Shown here: positions 52,431 through 64,000 of the stretch, piece by piece | How positions within the stretch are numbered: position 1 is the stretch's first letter | How the letters are laid out: the number at the start of each line of letters is the position of its first letter | Source of the DNA: Malacoraja senta | Lineage: Eukaryota | Assembly (NCBI GenBank): GCA_038087875.1 | Contig: JAXLNO010000202.1 | Span: forward strand, 310,001 to 374,000 | DNA length: 64,000 nucleotides | Direction of reading: 5' to 3' | Notes under the pieces: model-generated | Seen by the model: only the letters and a program-made list of their open reading frames with translations | Databases searched by the model: none | Told to the model about the DNA's origin: nothing | Translations under genes and position numbers: made by a program

Positions 52431-53750
52431 GCGAGCTGCCGGAGGAGGTAGTTGAGGCAGGGACTATTGCCACATTTAGCAGGCACTATCTGTGGAATTC
52501 TCTGCCTCAGAGGGTGGTGGAGGCCGGTTCTCTGGATACTTTCAAAAGAGAACTAGATAGGGCTCTTAAAAATAGTGGAGTCAGGGGATACGGGGAGAAG
52601 GCAGGAACGGGGTACTGATTGGGGATGATCAGCCATGATCACATTGAATGGTGATGCTGCCTCGAAGGGCCAAATGGCCTACTCCTGCACCTATTGCCTA
52701 TTGTCTATTGTCTATCACAATGTTTAAGACACATTTAGCCAGGTACATGGATAGGACAGGTTTAGAGAGATATGGGCCAAACGCGGGCAGGTGGGACTAG
52801 TGGAGATGGGACATGTCGACCGGTGTGGGCAAGTTGGGCCCAAGGGCCTGTTTCCACACTGTGTGACTATGACTCTTTGACCTACTGAGTTACTCCAGCG
52901 CTTTGTGTCTTTTCTTTTATAATTAGAAGACATTTGGATAAGTGCATGAACAGGTAAGGATGAAATGGATATGGGCCAGACATGGGTAGATGGGACTGGT
53001 GTAGACTGGTGTTGGTCGGTCTGGATATGTTGGGCCGAAGGGCCTGTTTCCACACTGTCTGATGCTGTGACTTGATTCCTGGGTACAAATGAGCATAAAG
53101 ACGAAGCATTTGAAGCTGAATTGTGCCTGGGGTTGAGACACAGAGTCCCACTTTATAATTAACATTTTCATTTCAGGTCATTTGTAATGTGGACGTAATA
53201 GATATGAGGCCCAGAACAGGAGCGAAGGATCTCAAACCGACTGGAATAAGCCAAGTAAGATTGTGTTACCCGGAAATAGAAATGTACACATCAGATGATG
53301 GACGATCGTGAGAAAATGAGAGCCTCTCTACATGGGGAGGTTGTGGGAAGTAGGTGGAGGTTTAGTCTAGAGATACAGTGTGGAAACAGGCCCTTCGGCC
53401 CACTGAGTCCATGCTGACCAGCGATCACCCTGCACACCAGTACTATCCTGTACATGGAGGGCAAGTTACAACTTTTCCAAATTAGTCTCCAAACCTGGAC
53501 GTCTTTGGAGTGTGGTTGGAAACCAGAACACCTGGAGAAAACCCACACGGTCATAGGGAGAACGTACAAACTCCAAACGTACAGACAGTGCCCGTAGTTA
53601 GGATGGAACCCGGGTCACTGGCGCTGTGAGGCAGCAATTCTACCGCTGCATCACTGTGCCGCCCCACAGAGGACATTGCCCTGCCTAACTGGGAGAGATC
53701 GCTGCACATTCTCTTCCTGTCGTTAATGGACGTGTGTGTGTGTGTGTGTG

Positions 53751-53990
<240 letters not shown>

Positions 53991-54028
53991 TGTGTGTGTG
54001 TGTTTGTGTGTGTGTTTGTGTGTGTGTG

Positions 54029-54172
<144 letters not shown>

Positions 54173-54646
54173 TGTGTGTGTGTGCGCGCGTGTAAGCAGG
54201 GAGGAGAAGGTCAAGAATATTTATAGGCAATGTGCCATGGAAGTGGCGGAGAGGCCCGACAGATGATGCACAGAGAACAGACGGCGAAACAGCGCTGAAA
54301 GTCCATTGGGTCAGAGGACAGGAGTCTGTTGACTAGAGGGGGCAGTAACTGTAGCAACCTTTCCCATGCAGCCAAGGCAATTTCCTCTCAGAAAATGACA
54401 ATTGGTAGGAAGTTTGCAAATAAATTGGATGCATCAAATAACTGACAGGCACTCAGTGCAGTGTGGTCACCGACAGAACCACAGGAAATTACTCCAGCGC
54501 TTCCTCTGGCCACCAGTGATGGTGACGTAACGGCAACATGAATAGACTTGTTCCCTGCAGTGAGTTGTGATGGTCAGGCATGCACAGCAGACCGTGAGGA
54601 AGGAGCTGGCTCCAGAATTAGCCAAAGGCCTGTGTGTATTGTGTTA

Positions 54647-56180
54647 ATAGTGGATGCATTAGTGATAATTTTTCAAAACTCTTTAGATTCTGGAGTAGTT
54701 CCTGAGGATTGGAGGGTAGCTAATGTAACCCCACTTTTTAAGAAGGGAGGGAGAGAGAAAACGGGGAATTACAGACCAGTTAGTCTAACATCGGTAGTGG
54801 GGAAACTGCTAGAGTCACTTATTAAAGATGGGATAGCAGCACATTTGGAAAGTGGTGAAATCATTGGACAAAGTCAGCATGGATTTACGAAAGGTAAATC
54901 GTGTCTGACGAATCTTATAGAATTTTTCGAGGATGTAACTAGTAGAGTGGATAAGCGAGAACCAGTGGATGTGTTGTATCTGGACTTTCAGAAGGCTTTC
55001 GACAAGGTACCACATAAGAGATTAGTATACAAACTTAAAGCACACGGTATTGGGGGTTCAGTATTGATGTGAATAGAGAACTGGCTGGCAAACAGGAAGC
55101 AAAGAGTAGGAGTAAACGGGTCCTTTTCACAATGGCAGGCAGTGACTAGTGGGGTACCGCAAGGCTCAATGCTCGGACCCCAGCTATTTACAAATTATAT
55201 TAATGATCTGGACGAGGGAATTGAAAGCAACATCTCCAAGTTTGCGGATGACACTAAGCTGGGGGGCAGTGTTAGCTGTGAGGAGGATGCTAGGAGACTG
55301 CAAGGTGACTTGGATAGGCTGGGTGAGTGGGCAAATGTTTGGCAGATGCAGTATAATGTGGATAAATGTGAGGTTATCCACTTTGGTGGCAAAAACGGGA
55401 AGGCAGACTATTATCTAAATGGTGGCCGATTAGGAAATGGGGAGATGCAGCGAGACCTGGGTGTCATGGTACACCAGTCATTGAAAGTAGGCATGCAGGT
55501 GCAGCAGGCAGTGAAGAAAGCGAATGGTATGTTGGCCTTCATAGCAAGAGGATTTGAGTATAGGAGCAGGGAGGTTCTACTGCAGTTGTACAGGGTCTTG
55601 GTGAGACCACACCTGGAGTATTGCGTACAGTTTTGGTCTCCAAATCTGAGGAAGGACATTATAGCCATAGAGGGAGTGCAGAGAATGTTCACCAGACTGA
55701 TTCCTGGGATGTCAGGACTTTCATATGAAGAAAGACTGGATAGACTTGGCTTATACTCGCTAGAATTTAGGAGATTGAGAGGGGATCTTATAGAAACGTA
55801 CAAAATTCTTATGGGGTTGGACAGGCTAGATGCAGGAAGGTTGTTCCCGATGTTGGGGAAGTCCAGGACAAGGGGTCACAGCTTAAGGATAAGGGGGAAA
55901 TCCTTTAAGACCGAGATGAGAAAAAACTTTTTCACACAGAGAGTGGTGAATCTCTGGAACTCTCTGCCACAGAGGGTAGTTGAGGCCAGATCATTGGCTA
56001 TATTTAAGAGGGAGTTAGATGTGGCCCTTGTGGCTAAGGGGATCAGGGGGTATGGAGAGAAGGCAGGTACGGGATACTGAGTTGGATGATCAGCCATGAT
56101 CATATTGAATGGCGGTGCAGGCTCGAAGGGCCGAATGGCCTACTCCTGCACCTATTTTCTATGTATCTATGTATCTATGA
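54647..56180 (+). mobile_element. CR1 RT, young subfamily
   Basis: ORFs 54548-55072 and 55142-56080 separated by one stop; same diagnostic residues as the 24480 copy. Confidence 0.95.
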
Positions 56181-56683
56181 AACATCTATTAATTCCCCCT
56201 CAATGCAGCTCGCAGTATAACTGGCGGTAGAGTTGCTGCCTCACAGCGCCAGAGTCCTGGGTTCGATCCTGACTACAGATGCTGTCTGTACTGAGTTTGC
56301 ACGTTCTCCCTGTGACCACCTGGGTTTTCTTCGGCTGCTCCGGCTTCCTCCCACATCCCAAAGACGTACAGGTTTGTAAGTTGATTGGCCCCTCGTGTGT
56401 GGGGAGTGGATGTGAAGAGGCATAATATAGAACTAGTGAACGGGTGATTGATGGTTGGCATGGACTCGGTGGGCCGAAGGGCCTGTTTCTGTGCTGTATC
56501 TGCCAATTAATGAATCAATGCTGTCGTCTGGCTAAGAGGAATGGTGTCAGAAAGGGATTGAAGTGACTCACCAGGAGGTGACCTGAGCTGAACAGGGAGA
56601 GAGAGGTTGGATAGGCTGGGAGTAAGTGACTGAGCCCCATTAAGGTGCAGGAGGTGTCGTGAGAAGTCCAGGTTGCAACTTAC

Positions 56684-56687
56684 CCAT
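56684..56687 (-). CDS. Candidate alternative first exon end (ATG-G|GTAAGT) of gpm6a
   Basis: Minus strand ...aaatagttgATGG|GTAAGT in unique sequence: a perfect donor with the same phase (1) as the 15682 exon. It would give M-GCFECC, like PLP1-type first exons. It could be a chance match. Confidence 0.3.
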
Positions 56688-57471
56688 CAACTATTTCACC
56701 TGTTGTAAACTCCACTCTGTTGCCCTTTAGTAATGTTCTGATTAACCGCCTCTTACAAAGGTTTTTATTTGTGGATTGGGCATGGTGATATAGAATTACA
56801 TTTTGTGTATTGTAATTTAATGTGACAGTGATCACCTTTATTGCACGGTTAATTATTCATATCTGCCCATTACATTCTCCGCACTACAGTACATAATATT
56901 CCCCATTATGTTGAACATTATATCCTGATTACCGTTCTTTGGTTTATGACTTTCTGGCACTTTATGAACCAAACTACATCAGTATATTGGATAGACACAA
57001 AAAGCTGGAGTAACTCAGCGGGACAGGCAGGCAGCATCCCCACCCCCTATCAGCTTCTACCCACCCCCTATCAGTCTGAAGAAGGGTTTCGGCCCGAAAC
57101 GTTACCTATTTCCTTCGCTCCATAGACGCTGCTGCACCCGCTGAGTTTCTCCAGCAATTTTGTGTACCAGGCAGGCAGCATCCCTGGAGAGAAGGAATGG
57201 GTGACGTTTTGGGTTGAGACCCTTCTTCAGACTTCTCCAACTGCATCAGTATATTGTTCTGACGTTAGGTGTATGAGGGTGTCGGGCATGGGGCATAGTT
57301 TAATTCCTCAGCAGTTTGTACCTTCTCCCCGTGACCCGCGTGGGTTTTCACCAAGATCTTCCGTTTCCTCCCACACTCCAAAGATGTGCAGGTTTGTAGG
57401 TTAATTGGCTTTGTATGAATGTAAATTGTCCCTAATGTATGTGTATATATATATGTGTATATATATATGTA

Positions 57472-57504
<33 letters not shown>

Positions 57505-57629
57505 GTGTATATATATATATGTATGTGTATATATATATGTATGTGTATATATATATGTATGTGTGTATATATATGTATGTGTATATATATATGTATGTGT
57601 GTATATATATGTATGTGTGTATATATATA

Positions 57630-57685
<56 letters not shown>

Positions 57686-60008
57686 CGTGCGTGTGTGTGT
57701 TTTTTTTTAAAATATTTTTTTTATAGTGTTAAGGGTCTGTCCACTTGGGCAACATTTTCGGCGACAGCCTGAAAAGAGGTTGTCGTGGGGTAGATAGATA
57801 GATGATTCCGGAAGCATGGTCCCAGTGACGTGAGTCGAGTATCTCTCCACCCTCACAGCTGGTGGGACCAGTGTAGCAACAACCCTACACCCTCTGTACA
57901 AATGAGTGTCATGTCACACTGCAGGTTTTACACAACATAGTCATCCCAGCTTTGTGTTACTCCACAAAAACAGGCAGTGCTGGAAAACCTCCACGGGTCA
58001 GACCGCATCTGTGGGAAGAGGAACAGCAAAAATGCTTCAGGTAAAAGAGCAACAGAGTCATACAGCAGGGAAAGAGGCCCTTCGGTCCAACTTGCCCATG
58101 CTGGCCAACATGCCCCATCTACACGAGTCCCACCTGCCTGCGTTTAGCCTATTTCCCTCTGAATCTAAACTCTCCAAGTACCTGTCCAAGTGTCTTTTAA
58201 ATGTTGTGATAGGCCCTGCCTCAACTACTTCCTCTGGCAGCTCCATCCATACACCCACCACCCCACAGGTTCCTATTAAATCTTCCCCCCCATCACCTTA
58301 TCAATAGACAATTTTATTTGTCACATCAAGAATCAAGTATCAAGTATCCTTTATTGTCATTAAGTCTGAACGAAATTTCATGCCTTGGAGTCATAACCTA
58401 GAATAAATAACAAAACACACAATAAACACAGTTTAACCCACCACAGTGAGTCCACCAGGCACCTCCTCACTGTGATGGAAGGCAAAAGTCTTAAAGTCCA
58501 TGCCTCCCTTAATCTAACTCCCTTAAGAGGGAGTTAGATGTGGCCCTTGTGGCTAAAGGGATCAGGGGGTATGGAGAGAAGGCAGGTACAGGATACTGAG
58601 TTGGATGATCAGCCATGATCATATTGAATGGTGGTGCAGGCTCGAAGGGCCGAATGGCCTACTCCTGCACCTATTTACTATGTTTCTATGTTTCTATGTC
58701 TCTTCCCTCCTTGTTCTCCCTCTGCGTTGAGGCGATCCAAGCTTCCAATGTTGTGACCCCGCCGGGTGATGGTAAGTAAGTCCCGCGGCCGAATCCGAGC
58801 TCCGCGAACGGGCCGGTTCAAACTCCGCGGCCGGGGGCGGTCGAAGCTGCCGAAGCTGCCGCCCTCCAGTCCCGCGGACGAAGCTGTTGTTTCGGGAGCT
58901 CCGGAGAAACAGGTCACCAACCTGGGACCTGCGAGCTCCTGACGATGTCGTCCACTGGGCCCGTGGCCGAGCCTCCGAGGCTCCGAAGTCGGGTGGCCGC
59001 CACCACAGCCCTGAAGTCGGCCAGCCTCGCGTTGGTTAGTCCTGGCTGTCTCTGCCACCGGAGCCTCGAGGTCGGTCCCAGTTGGAGGCTGCCAGCTCCA
59101 CCATTAGGCCTCAGCGGAGACGGAGACGGAGACGGGGGATACGACAAGAAAAGGATGCATCCCCCCGAAGGAAGAGACTAAAACAGTTTCTCCCCCCATC
59201 CCCTCCCCCACATACACAACTAAAATAAAACTGAAACAAACTGTGACAACGGGATGAGAAAACAAAACAAAAAAACAAAAACAAACGGACTGCAGGCGAG
59301 CCGCAGCTGCTAGGGCAGCTCCGCCACCTCCGGATATGCAGTGAAGGTGCAGTGATATGAATTTGCCAGCAGCGATACACTTAAAACGAACACACAATAC
59401 ACAATAAGGATCAACACAGACATCCACAACACCATTCTTCACTGTGGTGGAAGGCACAAAGTACAGATAGTACTCCTCCTTGTTCACCCGTGGTCGGGGC
59501 CATAAACCTCCGCAGTCTCCGCTACGGACTGCCCGATGTACAGGCCCTCTCGTCGGGACGGTCGAACACACTCCGCGGCTTGGAGGTCCCGAATCGGCAC
59601 TTTCTAACCGGCGACTGCGGCTTCAGGATGTTATAGGCCGCGTGCCGGCGATCGGAGCTCTTCTCCGGGTATCCCCGGCGAGGGACCCAGGATCCGGACA
59701 CCGCACCGCGGCTAGAAGCTCAGCAGACCGCGGCTTCAGGATGTAACACCCCACGGGCCAGCGATCGGAGCACTCATTTCTGGCGATCCCCGGCAAGGGC
59801 TCGCCCACTCGGCGATGAATAAAGTCCACGCTGCACCCGCTGCTGAAGCTCCGGGCCCGAATCCAGGAAAGGCCGCACCAATCCATGGTGTTAGGCCGTG
59901 AGGGAGGTGACGTGGAAAAAGTCACCACTCCGTGGAGGAGGCGGCCGAAAGTGGTTTCCCCCTTACGCCCCCCCCCCTCACCACCCCCCACACAAGACAC
60001 ACCGAGAG

Positions 60009-62880
60009 ACATAGAACATAGAACATAGAACATAGAAAATAGGTGCAGGAGTAGTCCATTCGGCCCTTCGAGCCTGCACCGCCATTCAATGTGATCATGG
60101 CTGATCATCCAACTCAGTATCCTGTACCTGCCTTCTCTCCATACCCCCTGATCCCTTTAGCCACAAGGGGCACATCTAACTCCCTCTTAAATATAGCCAA
60201 TGAACTGGTCTCAACTACCTTCTGTGGCAGAGAGTTCCAGAGATTCACCACTCTCTGTGTGAAAAATGTTTTTCTCATCTCGGTCCCAAAGGATTTCCCC
60301 TTTATCCTTAAACTGTGACCCCTTGTCCTGGACTTCCCCAACATCGGGAACAATCTTCCTGCATCTAGCCTGTCCAACCACTTAAGAATTTTGGAAGTTT
60401 CTAGAAGATCCCACCTCAATCTTCTAAATTCTAGCGAGTACAACCAAAGTCTATCCAGTCTTTCTTCATATGAAAGCGCTGACATCCCAGGAATCAGTCT
60501 GGTGAACCTTCTCTGTACTCCCTCTATGGCAAGAATGTCTTTTGTCAGATTTGGAGACCAAAACTGTACGCAATACTCCTGGTGTGGTCTCACCAAGACC
60601 CTGTACAACTGCAGTAGAACCTCCCTGCTCCTATACTCAAATCCTTTTGCTATGAATGCTAACATACCATTCGCTTTCTTCACTGCCTGCTGCACCTGCA
60701 TGCCTACTTTCAATGACTGGTGTACCATGACACCCAGGTCTCGTTGCATCTCCCCTTCTCCTAATCGGCCACCATTTAGACAATGGTCTGCTTTCCGGTT
60801 TTTGACACCAAAGTGGATAACCTCACATTTATCCACATTATACTGCATCTGCCATGCATTTGCCAACTCACCCAGCCTATCCAAGTCACCTTGCAGCCTC
60901 CTAGCATCCTCCTCACAGCTAACACTGCCCCCCGGCTTCGTGTCATCCGCAAACTTGGAGATGTTGCATTCAATTCCCTCGTCCAAATCATTAATATATA
61001 TTGTAAATAGCTGGGGTCCCAGCACTAAGCCTTGCGGTACCCCACTAGTCACTGCCTGCCATTCTGAAAAGGACCCATTTACTCCTACTCTTTGCTTCCT
61101 GTCTGCCAGCCAGTTCTCTATCCACATCAATACTGAACCCCCGATACCGTGTGCTTTAAGTTTGTATACTAATCTCTTATGTGGGACCTTGTCGAAAGCC
61201 TTCTGAAAGACCAGATGTAACACATCCACTGGTTCTCCCCTATCCACGCTACTAGTTACATCCTCGAAAAATTCTATAAGATTCGTCAGACATGATTTAC
61301 CTTTCGTAAATCCATGCTGACTTTGTCCAATGAACTCACCACTTTCCAAATGTGCTGCTATCCCATCTTTTTTTTTTTTTATTTTTTTTTTTTTTTTAAT
61401 TTAAAAAGAAAATATTTTTATTAGAAGCAAACATATTATAAAGTATAGTAACATATTATAGTAAAAAAAAACTTTTCATATACATCAATCATACATTATT
61501 AAAATTGTCAATTGTCGATTAATTCTGCTTCTAGTGTTTTTTTTTAATATAGATAGAAAAGGAGAGATAGAAAGAAAAAATAATTACAAATATTTAAAAA
61601 AAGAGGTGGAATGAATTACTTATAATACGTCATTGGAGATAAGTTCGTAGGTTATGAAATATAATTTTACATCTAATCCTGAGTTCAAGCTTCAGTTGGG
61701 TTTTCGTGCTGGGCCAATCTATCCCTTCAGATAGTTAATGAATGGAGCCCATATTTTAACAAAAAGTTCTTGTTTGTCCATTATGACAAGTCTAATTCTT
61801 TCTATGCTATCCCATCTTTAATAACTGACTCTAGCAGTTTCCCCACTACCGATGTTAGACTAACTGGTCTGTAATTCCCCGTTTTCTCTCTCCCTCCCTT
61901 TTTAAAAAGTAAGGTTACATTAGCTGCCCTCCAATCCTCAGGAACTACTCCAGAATCTAAGGAGTTTTGAAAAATTATCACTAGTGCATCCACTATTTCT
62001 GGGGCTACTTCCTTAAGTACTCTGGGATGCAGCCTATCTGGCCCTGGGGATTTATCGGCCTTTAATCCATTCAATTTACCTAACACCACTTCCCGGCTAA
62101 CCTGGATTTTACTCAGTTCCTCCATCTCATTTGACCCGCGGTCCCCTGCTATTTCCGGCAGATTATCTATGTCTTCCTAAGTGAAGACAGAACCAAAGTA
62201 GTTATTCAATTGGTCTGCCATGTCCTTGTTCCCCATGATCAATTCACCTGTTTCTGACTGCAAGGGACCTACATCTCTTTCTCTTCACATATCTATTTGC
62301 TGTCAGTTTTTATGTTCCGTGCCAGTTTTCTTTCATAATCTATTTCCCCTTTCCTAATTAAGCCCTTTGTCCTCCTCTGCTGGACTCTGAATTTCTCCCA
62401 ATCCTCTGGTAGGCTGCTTTTTCTGGCTAATTTGTACGCTTCATCTTTTGTTTTGATACTATCCCTGATTTCCCTTGTTATCCACGGATGCACTACCTTC
62501 CCTGATTTATTCTTTTGCCAAACTGGGATGAACAATTGTTGTAGTTCATCCATGCAGTCTTTAAATGCCTTCCATTGCATATCCACCGTCAACCCTTTAA
62601 GAATCAATTACCAGTCAATCTTGGCCAATTCATGTCTCATACCCTCAATGTTACCTTTCTTTAAGTTCAGACCCCTTGTTTCTGAATAAACAATGTCACT
62701 CACCATGCTAATGAAGAACTCAACCATATTATGGTCACTCTTGCCCAAGGGGCTACGCACAACAAGACTGCTAACTAACCCTTCCTCATTACTCAATACC
62801 CAGTCTAGAATAGCCTGCTCTCTCGTTGGTTCCTCTACATGTTGGCTTAGAAAACTATCCCGCACACATTCCAAGAATTT
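60009..62880 (-). mobile_element. CR1, longest copy (APE C-terminus to tail), interrupted by L1
   Basis: ORFs 62608-62913 (LDWVLSN...LGKSDH), 62293-62607, 61802-62125 and 60114-61349. Confidence 0.92.
61371..61804 (-). mobile_element. L1-clade LINE 3' end
   Basis: Poly(A) tail, 15-bp TSD tgctatcccatcttt (61356-61370, 61805-61819), TTT/AA target, and C-terminal ...LFVKIWAPFINYL. Confidence 0.85.
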
Positions 62881-64000
62881 AAAACATACATTCCAAGACA
62901 TTAAAACACACATTTGGACACACTAAAAAAAACAAAAAAAGTCAAAATAACGAACACGCTGCTGGCGGGGCAGCCGTCTCGCAGCGCACCCACCAACCAA
63001 TGTCTTCTGCATTTTATCCGGATGCATCACAGCACGGTTTGGGAACAGCTCCATCCAAGACCACAAGAAATCGCAGTGAATTGTGGACGCAGCCCAGACC
63101 ATCACACAAACCAACCTCTCTTCCATTGACTCCATCTACACCTCACCCTGCTTTGGCTAAGGCAGCAACATAATCAAGGACCAGTCGCATCCTGGCCACT
63201 CCCTCTTCTCCCCTCTCCCATCAGACAAGAGGTACAGAAGTGTGAAAACACACACCTCCAGATTCAGGGACAGGATCTTCCCAGCTGTTATCAGGCAACT
63301 GAATCAACCTACCACAACCATAGAGCAGTGCTGAACTACTATCTACCTCATTGGTGACCCTCGGACTATCTTTGATTGGTCTTTGCTGACTTTACCTTGC
63401 ATTAAATGTCATTCCCTTATCATGTATCTGTACACTGTGGATGGCTCGATTGTAATCATGTATTGTCTTTCTGCTGACTGGTTAGCACGCAACAAAAGCT
63501 TTTCACTGTACCTCGGTACACGTGACAATAAACTAAACTGAACTGAATGCGTAAGAAGGAACTGCAGATCCTGGTTTAAACTGAAGATAGACACAAAAAG
63601 CTGGAGTAACTCAGCGGGACAGGCAGCATCGCTGGTGAGAAGGAATGGGTGGCGTTTCGGGTCGAGACCCTTCCTCGGACTGAAACCTGTTGTTGATTCC
63701 CCTACTCTGGGTAGAAGCCTGTGTGCATCAACGTGACTTTAACTGACCAATACAATGGGTGGGTGGTGAAATCGATGAACATGATGAAGGAGGGTGCCTG
63801 CATACAAGGAAGCGACCAGCTCGGCTACACAACATTATGGTTATATGTGGGAGAAACACATCAAATCACAATGGTGTGAAGAAGCAGATGACACACAGAG
63901 CCAGGAGTGAAGAGGCTGATTAAAATAGAAATAGGGGAAAGTTAAAATATCATTGCCCCGGGAGAGCCAACATTGACATTTGTATGAAGTAACGGTTCAG

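Overview
Eukaryotic, repeat-dense vertebrate DNA. The repeat content (HE1-like tRNA/V-SINEs, HER1-like CR1 LINEs, Rex1, Penelope-like elements, Tc1) points to a cartilaginous fish, probably a skate or ray. The only host gene I can support is the first coding exon of gpm6a (proteolipid M6a/DMbeta) on the minus strand at 15682-15718 (MEETMDEGQSQR-G, phase-1 donor), with a CpG-rich promoter. Intron 1 runs off the left edge, and a possible alternative ATG-G first exon lies at ~56684. All long ORFs are retrotransposon RT fragments or simple-repeat artefacts. The most interesting signal is non-coding: a ~138-bp, TSD-flanked, (AAG)n-tailed retroelement in 3 copies. Its 5' end is exactly G1 of a 54-nt HDV-like self-cleaving ribozyme fold that resembles the CPEB3 ribozyme but nearly lacks P4. 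A second ribozyme-type system is also present: ~100-bp Penelope-derived mini-elements with minimal hammerhead motifs and long TSDs, plus a 66-bp satellite derived from them. Folds and alignments were done by eye; boundaries of degenerate repeats are approximate.
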